In this document: positions 1-13,041 of the stretch, piece by piece | Layout: each line of letters opens with the position of its first letter | Position numbering within the stretch: the stretch's first letter is position 1 | Assembly (NCBI GenBank): GCA_043228905.1 | Contig: JBHGNT010000013.1 | Span: 15,934,001 to 15,998,000 of the forward strand | DNA from: Azolla caroliniana | Taxonomy: Eukaryota > Plantae > Polypodiophyta | DNA: 64,000 bases | Direction of reading: 5' to 3' | Notes under the pieces: generated by a model | What the model was told of the DNA's origin: nothing | The model's input: only the letters and a program-made list of their open reading frames with translations | The model's database searches: none | Made by a program: the position numbers and the translations under genes

Positions 1-896
1 ACTTCTGATCCGACTGGATTTTCGATTGATAGTATATTCGGGTCGTTTGGTAGCACATCAGCTGAGAAGCTGACGTAATTGATCTCCTCATGCCGGCCAC
101 TCTTCTTGTCTGATTTCTGAGACTTGTCGTTCTTGTTCTTGAGTGCGCGGCAGTCGGCTTTGATGTGTCCGGGTTTCTTGCAATAGTTGCAGATTCGATT
201 ATCCCGTGACTGGCTCCGTCTTCGCTGATTGTTCGGCTGCCGTGAGGAATCTCTTCCTCGTATGTTCGATCGGTCTGTCGAACCTTGTACTACATAAGCG
301 TCGTCTGTTGAGTCTTTGGCGAAAGACTTTCTCCGAGCTGCTTTGGTTAGGATTGCGCTCGTGACTTCGGAGTATTTAACAGCCGTGGTTGACGCGTTGC
401 ACATGGTTGTGACGAAAGTTTCCCATGATGAGGGAAGGCTGCTCATGAGTATCATTGCTCTGAGTTCATCCTCGATTGCCGTCCCCTGAGATGAGATTTG
501 GGAGCTTATGCTTTCGTACTCATTGAGATGTGCTTGAACCGAATCGGATTCTTTCATCCGCAAGTTGTAGAGGCGCCGGATCAGAAACATCTTCGTTGCG
601 GCGACCTTCTTCTCGTAGGTGCCCGACAGTGTTTTCCACAGTTCGAATGCTGTCGTACACGATTGCACCGTAAAGTATACCGATTCCGATAGGTGCATCC
701 GAATCGTGGCGCGGACGATTCTGTCCAGCTTCTGCCACTCAATTGGTTTGTATCCTTCTGGAGGTTCTTCATTTTCGATGGGATCGATTTGCCCCTTGAC
801 TATGAGATAGTCCTGCATCTGCTCCTTCCAGAAGTTGAAGTTCGATCCATCGAACTTTCGTAGACTCATTTCTGACGAGCCGGATGTTGATGCCAT
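1..896 (-). CDS. Ty1/copia gag (5' part of a polyprotein running off the window's left edge)
   Basis: Manual translation from the ATG at 896: MASTSGSSEMSLRKFDGSNFNFWKEQMQDYLIVKG...LPSSWETFV...ICNYCKKPGHIKADC (UBN2-type gag plus CCHC knuckle). No stop seen to base 1. Absent from the ORF track because it is open-ended. Confidence 0.9.
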   Translation of the reverse strand, partial: MASTSGSSEMSLRKFDGSNFNFWKEQMQDYLIVKGQIDPIENEEPPEGYKPIEWQKLDRIVRATIRMHLSESVYFTVQSCTTAFELWKTLSGTYEKKVAATKMFLIRRLYNLRMKESDSVQAHLNEYESISSQISSQGTAIEDELRAMILMSSLPSSWETFVTTMCNASTTAVKYSEVTSAILTKAARRKSFAKDSTDDAYVVQGSTDRSNIRGRDSSRQPNNQRRRSQSRDNRICNYCKKPGHIKADCRALKNKNDKSQKSDKKSGRHEEINYVSFSADVLPNDPNILSIENPVGSE

Positions 897-1570
897 CAAG
901 TTTGGTTTCGGTTGACGAAGCTCGGTTCGGAGTTGACTACGAACCTTGTTGGAGTGCAGCCGGTTGGCTCACCCGATATCGTTCTAGTCGGATTTGAACC
1001 CGAGTCGGTTCGGCTTCGGATATATGTATTGTTGAACTTGCTCGAATTGACTCCGGTAACTTGAGGGACAGAACCGACTGGTCTTCCCGAATGTTGTCGA
1101 GTCGGAGTGAGCCCGGTTCGCTTCCGAATATATATGCCAAATACCGATTATTGAAACCGATTGTCAGGACCGATTCTGCTTCGGGTGACTGCAGCGACGA
1201 GAGAGACGGATTCAACTGATCCTCCCGAATGTCGATCAGCCGGATGAAGCACGAATTGGGGTTGTTGTCTTGAGACCGATCTGCACCGAGTGGTTACAAT
1301 GAGCTGCGAGCAGCGTTTGATGACCTCTTCGGATGCCGTTTAACCGAGTGGAGCACGATCGTGTCAATGTTGCACAAGGGGATTTCACCTCGAGCGGTTA
1401 CGATCACAAGAAACAGAGTACAACCGGCTGGCTTACTCCAGGCGAAGATGATCTAACGCGATGAGGTGCGAGCCTCGTTTTTTCTTCTTCTTCTCTCTTC
1501 TTCGAATGACGCAGGAAACCGAATGCTGTGCAGGCTGAGACGACGGCCGACAGCGGGTTGAGGAACCTCT

Positions 1571-1675
1571 GCTCTGATACCAAATGTTGGGAAGAGACAA
1601 GGCCGTGTCGATGCGGAAGATCAAGAAGCATTCGATTAGGGTTGAGTACCTGCGTATGACAGTTTCTGAGATCGT

Positions 1676-1722
<47 letters not shown>

Positions 1723-1908
1723 CACAAAAGAGTCTTTCTATTCCATAGAAAACAATAATACAACCAACCTTACAAAAAGGTTACAAGGTCACTTTATATA
1801 GTGACCGACTTAGGGCAACTACCCTTTATGCTAATTACACAAATGGCCCAGACTTGAGCTATACAAAAGGATAGTGTGAATATGTCCATTATACACTTGT
1901 ATTCGACA
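1571..1908 (-). mobile_element. Copia PBS (tRNA-iMet, 1571-1582) and 5' LTR (1585-1908)
   Basis: gctctgatacca is the reverse complement of TGGTATCAGAGC. After a 2-nt gap, the LTR reads TGTCGAAT...CCCAACA on the minus strand and contains a (GA)n tract at 1681-1720. The outer end is inferred from a TG-like terminus. Confidence 0.75.
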
Positions 1909-2371
1909 GTTGACCCAAGACATGGCACAAATGATAGCACTAGCAAGAAACCCACGCGATACCCACCAAGAAAGTGAGCAGTTGTGACCCCCATTGAAAC
2001 TAGAAATTGAGCGATCGAAATTCGTCCTCGCCAACAGAAAGTGGTGCGAGACGTGAACTATAACGAAAATGTAGTGCAAGTGAGCAATGATTTGATCCCC
2101 ACCGGGGAAGTGAGTGGTTGTGACCCCCACCGAAACTGGGAAGGCGAGTGATCGAAAGCACTCCTCACCAAAACCGTGATGCAAAATGATACCTAAAATG
2201 ATGACAAATAATGTTGATGACGACGATGGTTGGGCGAAGAGGTGCTGAAAATGATGACATCAAAGACAAGGATGTTGATGATGGTAACTCCGGAAGCAAG
2301 GACGGTGGTAACTCTAGAAGCAAAAGTGATCACGAAGAGGGGTGTTGCTTCCAGTTGGAAAGGATTCAAAC

Positions 2372-2870
2372 CATCACGGACACACCAAGCGTGGACTAGG
2401 ACGGAGCACAAATGATGGGTCTACAAGCGACGGATGAACTTGGAGCTAGATGTGGCAAGGCTAGGAACTCTAGATGTTGTGAGAGACACGAGGGCATGAA
2501 GACAGAAATAAAGATCAAGGAGACAAAGATGAGGCGAAACGAGAATACTAGATTAATGTGTCAATGACTAGTGTTGAATCCCTTGAAAGGGACCAAGGAT
2601 GTTACAAGTATTTATACAATTTCCGAGATTGAATATCTCTAGAATATATTCGAGAAATATCTCGAGAATATACCCGTTTAGAATATACCACAGAATAATT
2701 CTAAAATATACTAACGACTAGAATATTCTCGAATGTACTATACACTAGACTCTACAATATATACAAGTTCACAATAGAAGGTGAACAGTTCACAAGAGTT
2801 TCCATATGGTTAATACAACACAATGTACTATGTGTGTTAAAAGTCAGAGGTTCAAGTCTAGAATGTGACA
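2372..2870. mobile_element. LTR-like repeat (~500 bp), same family as the solo LTR at 22820-30936
   Basis: Shares long stretches with 22820-23088 and 30725-30936 (e.g. tgtgtcaatgact...ttgaatcccttgaaag, gattgaatatctctagaatata, tatactaacgactagaatattct). Ends in gtgaca. No TSD seen. Confidence 0.65.
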
Positions 2871-3240
2871 GAGAGAGTCAACTACATCATGGATGCTCCA
2901 GGTCAAGGAGAAGGCCGACTAGTTGTGTTGATAGAATAACTGACATGGGAGTCGGCTAATCGGGCCGAATGGAAAATCGACATAGGAGTCGATTAGTCGG
3001 ATGATCAACTGAGATTAAATAATAATAATAATGAAAGAGCTATGTTTGTAAATAGCCCATATTGTGTATGATTATAAATACACCTAGGGAAAACATAGTG
3101 GATATGTGATGCAGAGTAGAGCAAAACATAATGAAGGGTTGTACAGAGCGCGTGAGTGAGCGGCGACACAATTATGAGAAACTTGCCAAGAACCCTAAGT
3201 GGGTATACTCTGTTTAGAATAGAGAGTTGTAACCTGTTCC

Positions 3241-3400
3241 TTTCTCCCTTGTATTCTCTGTTCATATAGTGGAATATTTATTCCCGTGGTTTTTCCTATT
3301 TTAGGGTTTCCACGTAAATCTTTCTCCCTTGTATTCTCTGTTCATATAGTGGAATATTTATTCCCGTGGTTTTTCCTATTTTAGGGTTTCCACGTAAATC
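3241..3400 (+). repeat. Exact 80-bp tandem duplication in a copia-type LTR remnant (LTR likely ends ~3461)
   Basis: 3241-3320 is identical to 3321-3400. The motif cccgtggtttttcc...agggtttccacgtaaa resembles the LTR at 43690-43725 (minus). It is followed by a ttcaaca terminus. Confidence 0.85.
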
Positions 3401-4506
3401 TTGTGTAGTACGTATTCTGTCTATTTTGCTGTTTTTTGTTTCTGCACTGTACATTTCAACATATCCTTCTTGAAGATCTACACATATCACTTTGGAAAGT
3501 TTTGGATATATGTGTGGTACACACATATATACCATCTCAAAGGAAAACATTATCCAAGCGAAACTCTAAGAGTTACTACACATATTGAACGGGAAAGTTC
3601 TGGGTACACAAATACACGCCATCTGAAAGAAAAAGCTTCCCTAGTTTGTAACATCATGCATTAGATGGAGTTGTAGAAATGTGGGAATCCTTGTTTGCAG
3701 GAAGAACATGACTTGTGTGGATGTACCTCATATCCAAGATAGCTGACAACAACGTCAAAGGTTGAAGACAAGAAGTTGGCCATGCCTAATATGGTGTGGG
3801 ATGCATCTTGAAGAGCTTAAAGGAATGAAATCTTTGAGTTGTCTATGAATTAGCTTCTAGAATAACTGTTATAACGAAATTACAAAATGTGATAGGCCCT
3901 CACCAAATTCTTGATGCACTATGTAGTTGAGTTGGTGTGTCTCTTTCTAAGGGATGTGTTATTGGAACATTTGCTTCTAGTCCATGCACACTCCATCAAA
4001 GTCTTGAAAGTGGTCAAATAGATTGATATATGAAGCATGTGTGTTGGTGGCAATAAGACACTCATGTTTGGTTGCAAGGAAGTCTATGAGATGCTCCTCG
4101 ATGTCATTGTCATTGCAATACTTCAAGAAAGGATAAAACGTGGTTTCTGAACAAGGCACAATTATTAAATTACTTTTGAGATGCCAAGGAGGACTCCAAA
4201 TGTTATAATTTGCCGCAGATGGAAAAGCAACAATTATATCTTGAAGAGACAAGATATTTAGGTCTAGTTAATGAAAGTGAATATGACTAAAGGTTCGATA
4301 ATGATATTGGATTGTAGTTGAGGGAGTATGATGTCTGTAAGGTAACAACGTCCTTCCTAACAAAGTTGGTGGTGTTGTTATCCAACACAAACATGGTGTG
4401 CCCAAAATTTCTTGATTGTGCCTACTAGAAGTTGTTAATGATCACGTTACAAACTACTTAAGAGTCCTAAGGGCATGAAAATGATCTTCCAAGTGAATTC
4501 ATAAGT

Positions 4507-4793
4507 AGTCACTAATGATTATTAGAGACTACGTATGAGTCTTCCAGGTGAATTCATATGCAAGAAAGCAAAGATTGGTGAACTTATTTTGAATAGAGTT
4601 TGAGCAAACTAGGGTTGCTTGATTCAAATGTTCATGTGACGAGGAGCCTTTGTATGAAGTCACTAATGATTATTAGAGACTACGTATGAGTCTTCCAAGT
4701 GAATTCATATGCAAGAAAGCAATGATCGATGAACTTATTTTGAATAGAGTTTGAGCAAACTAGGGTTGCTTGATTCATATGTTCATGTGACGA
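4507..4793. repeat. 151-bp-period tandem duplication
   Basis: agtcactaatgattattagagactacg...ttcatgtgacgag occurs at 4507 and 4658 with few mismatches. Confidence 0.85.
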
Positions 4794-5309
4794 GATTTTG
4801 GTGTACATGGTTACGAACGAAGATTTGTTTTGTAACTATTTATGAACAAAGCTCGCTTCGTAGCTAACAAGGTATAAGGAAGTCATTTCATTGATGCGTC
4901 GCTATGAAATTGCTTGATATCTAACTCACTATTAATGAACTTGTTTTAGATTTAGGAATGAGCTCATTTTCTAACTAACTAGTTATGAACCAAGTTAACT
5001 TTTGTTCTTAGTAGGAGCAACGACTAAATGCTCACAAGAATAGTAGTAGGCAAGGTAGTTGCTTTGCCTCAAAATGAGCAATAACGAAGAAGAAGGAATA
5101 CGCGAGAAAGTGTACTATAGATCTGCTTCCTTTCGGTGTTGGCACATGCATTAGTCATGCTTTGTCACTAGGCCAACTACCTACAAAGCTACTCATTCCC
5201 TCAAACCTCACACTGGTTCAAATACAATTACCTTCTACACACTAGTCTCCCCACTTGTTTTCTCGAACTTCTTTTTACCCTTTAAATTTTTTCGTACCTA
5301 TATACACGT

Positions 5310-6824
5310 TGTCGTGATGTGGCGCGCCGAGTGTGGGAAAAGCCAGTTAACAAGGGCTAAAGTGTGAATGTGCAATGTGCGTGCATGCAAGGGCAATTAT
5401 TTGTGCACAGGCACAAACAAAATGGTGCAAAAGAAATGGAAGTGAAGGGTGCAAATGAGGCACAGAAAATTGTGGGAGTGGAAAAGTAAGAGAGAGAATG
5501 AGACAGATTGTGTATTTATTGATATAGAATTAAATATAGCAATGTGCATGGCTTGAATCCAATATGACAATACAACGTGATTTCTTCCCTTTGCATTAAA
5601 TAGAAAAGTGCCCCCCACCCCTTTTTCCTATAAAAGTATAAAAGGACATCGAGGGGGCTCATTTTGGGCTGGCCATTTTGGGATTTAGAGGTAGACCATT
5701 AGGGTTTCGCGGAGTCATCTTCTTCTCTTTTAGTTTTAGGGTTCGGGGGTTGCCCATTTTTGGAGGGCACCATTAGGGTTTGGGTTTTAGGGTTTCTACT
5801 TCTACTACTTCTTCGTTTCTTCTCACCATATGAGAGGACTTAAGAGTTTGGCTTCTTGGCTATTTTGGGGTTTTCTTACTGCACTCGAGCTCTCTCTCCC
5901 CCACACACACACTCTCTCTCTCTCGAGGTGTGTTCGGGTTCGTGGTGAAGAGACAAAGACCAGTGTTCGTGAACCTAGAGTTCGTGCTTCCTTGTTCGCC
6001 GTTGCGAGTCCATGTGCTCGCCATTCGTGTGGTTCTCAGTTCGTGGTGTTGGTGCCCGCGTTTGTTGTTGCGAGTCCGTGAGCTTGCCATTCGCGTGGTT
6101 CGAGGTGTTGGTGTGATTGGCTTTCGTTGTATGTGGTTCTCGGTTCGTGTGGTGTGCGGTTGTGTGCTCATGCTCCCGTTGTGTTAGAGGTTACGTTTGG
6201 AGTGTTTGTGGTTAATGGTCGTTGTTGTCACGGATTCCCATCTCCCTCCCTTTCTATTGTTCCACTCTTGTTTGTCTAGCATAGTCAAGTCCGGCCTAAG
6301 TGCCGTCGTTGTAAATCCATTGTGGCTTTGAGTCTTGCATAAAGAAAATATTTTTGGGTGTATGCTATGTCTCTTCCCTTCTGTGTTCACGTTCCCCATT
6401 TTGTTGTTCGTTCAGCCGTCTTGTGATGAGGGAACGTTTCGGGCGTGCCCATGCACCTCTCCTCTGCACAAAGGCGTATGGGCATTCGTGTTTGTGTTCT
6501 CGTCCCTTTCCTTGTATGTCTGCTCGTCTTGTGACGAGGGAGCGTTTTGGGTGTGCCCATGCACCTCTCCTCCTTGTAAGGCGTGTGAGCATTCATGAAT
6601 GTGTGTTCTTCTTTTCCTTATGTGTTAATCCTGTGTGCTCGTCTTTACTTGTGTACTTGTCCGTTCACTCGTGCGGTGAGCTTGAAAGCTCGACGAGTCG
6701 TGGTCAACGAAAGCCACCGGCTCCACAAAGGGGCAACAAGCCCTTGATCAAGAAGTAGTCTTCATCGACAAGCAAACCTCCGTGGTCCCGCCCAATGAAC
6801 ACACATGCATGAAACTTCGCGACA
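5310..6824. mobile_element. Solo LTR (~1.5 kb) with TGTCG...CGACA termini and a 4-bp TSD
   Basis: Starts tgtcgtgatg (5310) and ends cttcgcgaca (6824). Flanks are acgt (5306-5309) and atgt (6825-6828, CpG decay). Internal TATA (cctataaaa ~5627) and a ~108-bp internal duplication at 6415-6600. Confidence 0.7.
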
Positions 6825-7303
6825 ATGTACAATTCTACACATAACACCTACATGCACCCACACACATAATTTAGACATACATATACAAGCATGTACAAAT
6901 TCACACATACACATACAAGCATGTACAAAATTACACATACATATGCAAGCACCTACAACTTTAAACATATACATATACAAGCACGTACAACTTTACACAC
7001 ATGCATACAAATTACATATTCTAACATGTACACACATTCACACATATAACTTGATTGATAAGCAACATGTTGGTAGGAACTATGTTTAATGCTTACTTTT
7101 GCACCATATTAAACTGATAACCCAATTTAAAAATAGAATACTACAAAGTCAATTTCCATGTTTGTTTGTCAATTTGAGAAAACTTTAGTCAATAATAATG
7201 ATATTGAGTAAAAGCAATATCATAAATTTGTATTGCCGATTATTTGTCAAATAATTGGGTATGTTAACCCATACTCACTCTACAACCTATTTCGCCTTTT
7301 TGA

Positions 7304-7997
7304 TATCCGTACTAACTTTAACTTTAGCATTATTTGTTGGATCAAAGAAGATTGAGATTGTGTGAGATACCAATATCGTATGTACGACGAAGGAACAAAG
7401 GAGGACCCACTGACCCTTACCAAATCACTTTACCCACTCAAAATTGCTTTGTTGGTTGAAAATTGAACTTTCCTCTGAATATTTATATTAATAGATATAT
7501 AAAAGATCCGTACTAGTTTTAACTTTAGCATGATTTGTTGGATCGACAAGATTAAGATTCTATGAGATAACAATATCATTTGAAGAGGAGAAGAACAAAG
7601 TAGGGCCCACTATTGCTTAACAATTCATTATACCAACCAAACATTGCCCGTTGGTTGAAACTTGAACTTGTCTTGATGATTATTCGTATTGGATATCTAT
7701 GAACTTGAATGGTTGAAGCTTAACTATCTTGAATTGTGCTAGGTTCAATCCCAATAACCTTCGATACATCATTTTTAATCTTATATTCGTAATACATACG
7801 TGGTGATCAATTGGATATTAGGTAAAATTTAAAAACCTTACGATGATAGGACAATTTCATGAATGTGAAATATAAATATACATATTTTATTATCTCCTTT
7901 CCTTTCCTACTAACACCCAATCAATCTACTTTTTGAGCTTGAAAGGGTCATGTTGTCGTACATATCTCTTTTCTTGGATGAGGAACTCTTTTGGACT

Positions 7998-8043
<46 letters not shown>

Positions 8044-8290
8044 TACATAAAATTTGCACCATTTGCTTCTATACTTTAGGATGCATATGAAGCAATTCTA
8101 CACACACACACACACACACACATGTTTTGAGCTTGAAAGGGTCATGTTGTCATACATATCTCTTTTCTTGGATGTGGAACTCTTTTGGACTCAACATACA
8201 TACATACATAAAATTTGCACCATTTGCTTCTATACTTTAGGATGCATATGAAGCAATTCTACACACACACACACACACACACACATGTTT
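7304..8290. repeat. Two diverged local duplications (~202-bp period at 7304/7506; ~190-bp unit with (CA)n at 7930/8125)
   Basis: atccgtacta...actttagcat...ttgttggatc is repeated, and ttttgagcttgaaagggtcatgttgtc...gaagcaattctacacac is repeated. Confidence 0.75.
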
Positions 8291-11200
8291 TATGCTTTCG
8301 ATCAAAGACTTCTTTTTTATTTAAAGGCCCATATGAGGGAAAATTTTGACGCAAATAAATTTATTGGTGTCGTAGCAAGCAAGGCTCAAAATAGATTGCC
8401 AAACCCTAAGGTTTAGCTAATAGTGGACAAATTTGAACTCTCATCAAATTTTAGTGTAGAATTCCGAATTGAGAATGTGGATCAAAAGAGAGAGTGTTGA
8501 ATCAACGAAGTTTAGAGGTGTGTACCAACACAAAAGAGTGTCTTAACAAGTTCCATGATGACATGGAAGAGTCCTCTTGTGGAGATCGTTACCTTCTTTG
8601 TAGGTGATGATTGGTTCATTCGATGTATGCGGAAGATATTACTAGAGCTTCATGGGAAAACAAACACCTCTCATGGACAACCTACCAAGAACTTCTTTCA
8701 CATTGAGCCAAGCAGGTGAATCAACTTGCCAATGACCAAGATGAGATTCCCTACGCTTTGGTCATTGCTTTGTCATTGAAACCAATATGTTTGAATTCCA
8801 AAAATTGTGATCCGAACTATGACTTCTCTACCTCATTTTATAGATCTCAAGAGCTCACTTGAAGAATAAAAATAGCAACGTCATGAACCCTGCTACTTTT
8901 TTTGTTATTCTAATCCTTGCATTTGTACATAACTTCACTAAATATGAATCTCAACAACTGAGAATTATGATATTATCACACATTTCCTAGTTAGCTCCAT
9001 TTTCCCCTTCTAATCATCCGAAGAATACTAATAGTTGTTGTTTTAGTAGATTCTTCTGCTTAGAGGTGCACATCTCTTCCTCCATTGCGGCCTGCCAATT
9101 TGCGTCCTTCGCCGCCTCTGTGTAGCTCTTTGGCTCGCGCACTTCCCCCACTTTCGTCATATACGCACAATGATCGTCATATACTCATTCTACCTCTACC
9201 GGATTATAGGGTTCTTCTAGTGGGTGGATCAACGCAACTTCTAGTTGGCCGATTTTATGGCCCACTTGGTCAACTTTGACCGAGTCATTTCTGGAGGTCC
9301 ATCTTCGCTCTTGGCTACATCGGATTCACCCCGATCCGATGCATCAGCCTCTATGCCATATTCTGGCATCTTCATCTTCCCCTTCTCCTTGAGCGTAAGC
9401 CGTCTCCTCGGATCTTATCGCAAGGACTGCATGACCGAGTTTTCGTTGATCGTCGACTATTCATTCGATTGGTCGTTCTAGCTCAACCCCTCATTTGGCC
9501 AATTCAGCTGAAATGAGATCAGACTCTCCTCTTGAGTTTTGATTTCTTCTTCATCCAGGGGCATCTTGGCCTCACTAGCCTCATCTCCAACAATCAGCTC
9601 GAAGTCTTTAGGATCCGGAGAGCTACTCAGAGGCGGCGAAGGGTGCAAATTGGCGCGCCACAATGGAGGAAGAGATGCGCGCCCTAGCAGAAAACGAGAC
9701 ATGGAACCTAATTGAGCCCCAAAGGGTGTGAAGCTTATCAGATGCTGGTGGGTGTACAAAGTAAAGTACAACACCGTTGGCTCCGTCAACCAATACAAGG
9801 CCAGATTGGTGGCAAAGAGCTATGTGCAGCTACACGACATTGACTACGATGAGACGTTTGCACTGGTTGGGAAGATGATGATCGTTCGTGTCTTGCAAGC
9901 TACTTACAACTTGACTCACCTATTAGACTCCACTTTTGTAGCCATTGATTTTGTGTCTAATTCTCACCTACCACATATATTTACCCATTATATGCTATTC
10001 ACTAGAGTCTTTAGATAAATGTTCACCATATATCTTTATAAACATAAACAACCATAACTCTTGTCAATTTGAGCTTGTACATTTATCTTCAACACTCCCC
10101 CTCAAACTCATTTGGGAGTTATCTTGAGCCATGTCTTGCAATTTTATCACATCCTTGAAACCTTTTAGTTTAGAAGCATCTAGGAACTTTGTGAACATGT
10201 TGACAACTTGATCTCCACATCTTTTCTCAACACCTTCTCTCATACATAATGGTAGTGAACTTCAATATGCTTACTCCTCGCATGAAAAGTGGGATTTTGC
10301 TTGCCAAGTAAATACTTGCCATGTTGTCACCCTATATCGGAATGATTCCCACATGCACTTCAAGATCAACCAAAAGCTTTTTAAGCCACATTGCTTCACA
10401 TGTAGAAAATGTTAATCCTCTATATTCAGCCTCCATGGATGAAAGTGCAATAGTAGGTTGTTTCTTCGAGCTCCACGTGATAGGATTGCTTCCAATCATA
10501 ACCACATAACCTGAGGTTGATCTCCTATCTGGTGAGACCCACAACTTCCAGCTATGGTCATCTATGAACGTCAGAAGTACTGCGATCCGGCATGTGACTT
10601 CGTGTCCACTTCCAATGTGTGTCAAGTGGACACGAAGTCACATGCCGGATCGTAGTACTTCGTGACGTTCATAGATGACCACAGCCGGAAGTTGTGGGTT
10701 TCACCATTGAAGACGAATAGCACTTGATCCTTCATCTTCAATGGTGAGACCCACAGCTTCCGGTTGTGGTCATCTATGAACATCACGAAGTACTGCGATC
10801 CAGCATGTGACTTCGTGTTATGTACACATAACGTTGGTGAGGGTAGGTCACTAATATTTACATTAGTGAAGGGTATGTTCACTATTATTAAAAAGGGGAC
10901 TAATGATTGGATAGAATGAATGATATGTGCATGCACTATCATGATTTAGACAACCAATGAATAGAGAGCCTTTTAGAAAGGCACATCTATTCAAGGGGCC
11001 TAGGAAAAGGTATAAATATGAGGCTTAGCTACCCTCATAGATCATCACGTCGGAAGGTTGCTGTCGTAGACACCGGTGGTGCGGGCTAGGCTTTCGTCTC
11101 GACGATCGTGTTTATCTCTTCCAAGGTATTAGTCATCCTAATATCCGGCGGTATGGGACGTCGGTGGTAGGTTGGCTATGTCTAGATCATAGCTCGGGGG

Positions 11201-11534
11201 TGGTCGGGTGGAACGGGTTCTTCTATCCTATCTATTTTCTTCCTTTTTACTTGATTTGGTCTATTGATTAGTAATAGACTCTTAACAGTGGTATCAGAGC
11301 TTTTACTAACAATTTTTTTGTTGTTTTGATGTTTTTTGCGTGTGAGCGAGGGGGATCTAACAAGGCTCGTCATGCTCTTCTCAGGATCAAAACAACACTC
11401 TAAACCCGGTATTCTTCTTTTTTGATCTCTTCTCTTTTTCTATTATGCGTTCTTTATGGTCGAATCAAATTGGTATTACGTTTTATTCTCTTTCTTTCTA
11501 CCTCCTACTACGCTACGATTTTACTTATTATTAT

Positions 11535-12050
11535 GCATCGGGCCGAGCGTGTTTGCACTAATCGCACACGCTCAACTCATGGCCTTTTGCATATTGCGAT
11601 ATATATCCCACTCTCTCCTCTCTTGAACTCTTACGATAATAATTATTCTTGTGCATTGGGTCGAGCGTGTTTGCTCTAATCGCACACGCTTATCTCATGG
11701 CCGTTTTGCATATGATGTTGAGTATACCACTCTTCCCCTCTATTGAGCCATCACTTGGCCGATTCTAAGGGATGATGTGGCCTTGACGAGGTGTATGTTG
11801 CCTACCTATGCCACTCTACTCTCTATTAAGCCATCAATTGGCCGATGCTATGGGATGTTGTGGCCTTGACAAGGTATATGTAGCTTACATATGCCACTTT
11901 CCTTTTTAATTAGCCATCATTTGGCCGATTCTAAGGGATGATGTGGCCTTGACGAGGTATATGTCACTTACCTATGCCACTTTCCTCTTTAATTAGCCAT
12001 TACTTGGCCGATTCTAGGGATATGTGGTGGTTTTGAGGAGGTGCATGTCA
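11535..12050 (+). repeat. Tandem repeats in the gypsy 5' leader (2 x ~119 bp, then ~4 x ~82 bp)
   Basis: gagcgtgtttgc..aatcgcacacgct at ~11545 and ~11664. ttggccgattctaagggatgatgtggccttgac at ~11756, 11838, 11921 and 12004. Confidence 0.8.
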
Positions 12051-13041
12051 ACTACCCTAGGGTTTCGTATCTTAGGGCATGTTTGATTCCATACACCTAA
12101 TTGTTGATTATTCTAATTAAATTTTAATTTCATAAGTATTGTTTCACTTATATGATTTTCTAGTAATTATTATTTACCCGCCCACAATTAACTCTCCTTT
12201 TTCCACTTCCTTTTCATGTATAAAGTATTTACATCGTTTATTTTTAATGTAACCTTTACGTGTAGACTATTTTTTTCGTATGGAGTGGCTTGTTGAACGA
12301 TTTTTTTTTCAACGGGTCATCTAGGTTTAACTCTTATCATCAAGCCTTAGAAAACGAGTAAAATCATATGAGTTCCCTTATTGATGTTTTACTCATGGAT
12401 TTGAGTATTACATCTTTGCGCACAACACCGTCATCACTTGTATCAATTTGTGGCTTATGTCACAATTGTGCAAGTTATAACAATCATATTGGGATGTATA
12501 TCTGCATACCTTGCACTTCCCATTTATTTGTGACATTGTTTTTTTCGTAGGTAACACATGGGTTCTTTTTTTTACCCTTGTTTTCGTCACTACTTAACTC
12601 TTATGAGTAGTGCCTTATTTTATCATTTTATCATCACGTTTGCTTATTGCTCGCAAGACTAGAATATTACTTGTGAGTGCACTTGTTTTTTCACGTAATA
12701 CACTTTCTCGACCATATAATACATGATGGGTTGGCATTAATATAAGGCTATCTAGGAAATTTCATTGATGTAAGAACCATGGTTGAGCCTCGGGGAGCCG
12801 CCATGATTACTCAAGATAGAGATCCGAGAAATACATCTTAGCTATGTTTTCCCCCATGGTTTTTAAAACACCATAGTGTTACCATAGTTATCGGATCTCG
12901 AATCACATCTCATATGTCTAGAGGGGTAAAGACATGAGATACTTTCTTGGATAAAGTTCTTTCAATCAAAATTTCAAGCATTCATTTTGCTTGTGTATTT
13001 TCTGAACCTCCTTATTTTAATGCATACCCACAACATGCATC

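Noticed and set aside
5830-7089. Cluster of Cys/Val/His/Thr-rich ORFs
   Set aside because: They arise from GT/CA-biased LTR and microsatellite-like sequence.
11750-12050. Retrozyme/hammerhead ribozyme array
   Set aside because: The conserved CUGANGA and GAAA core was not found in the units.
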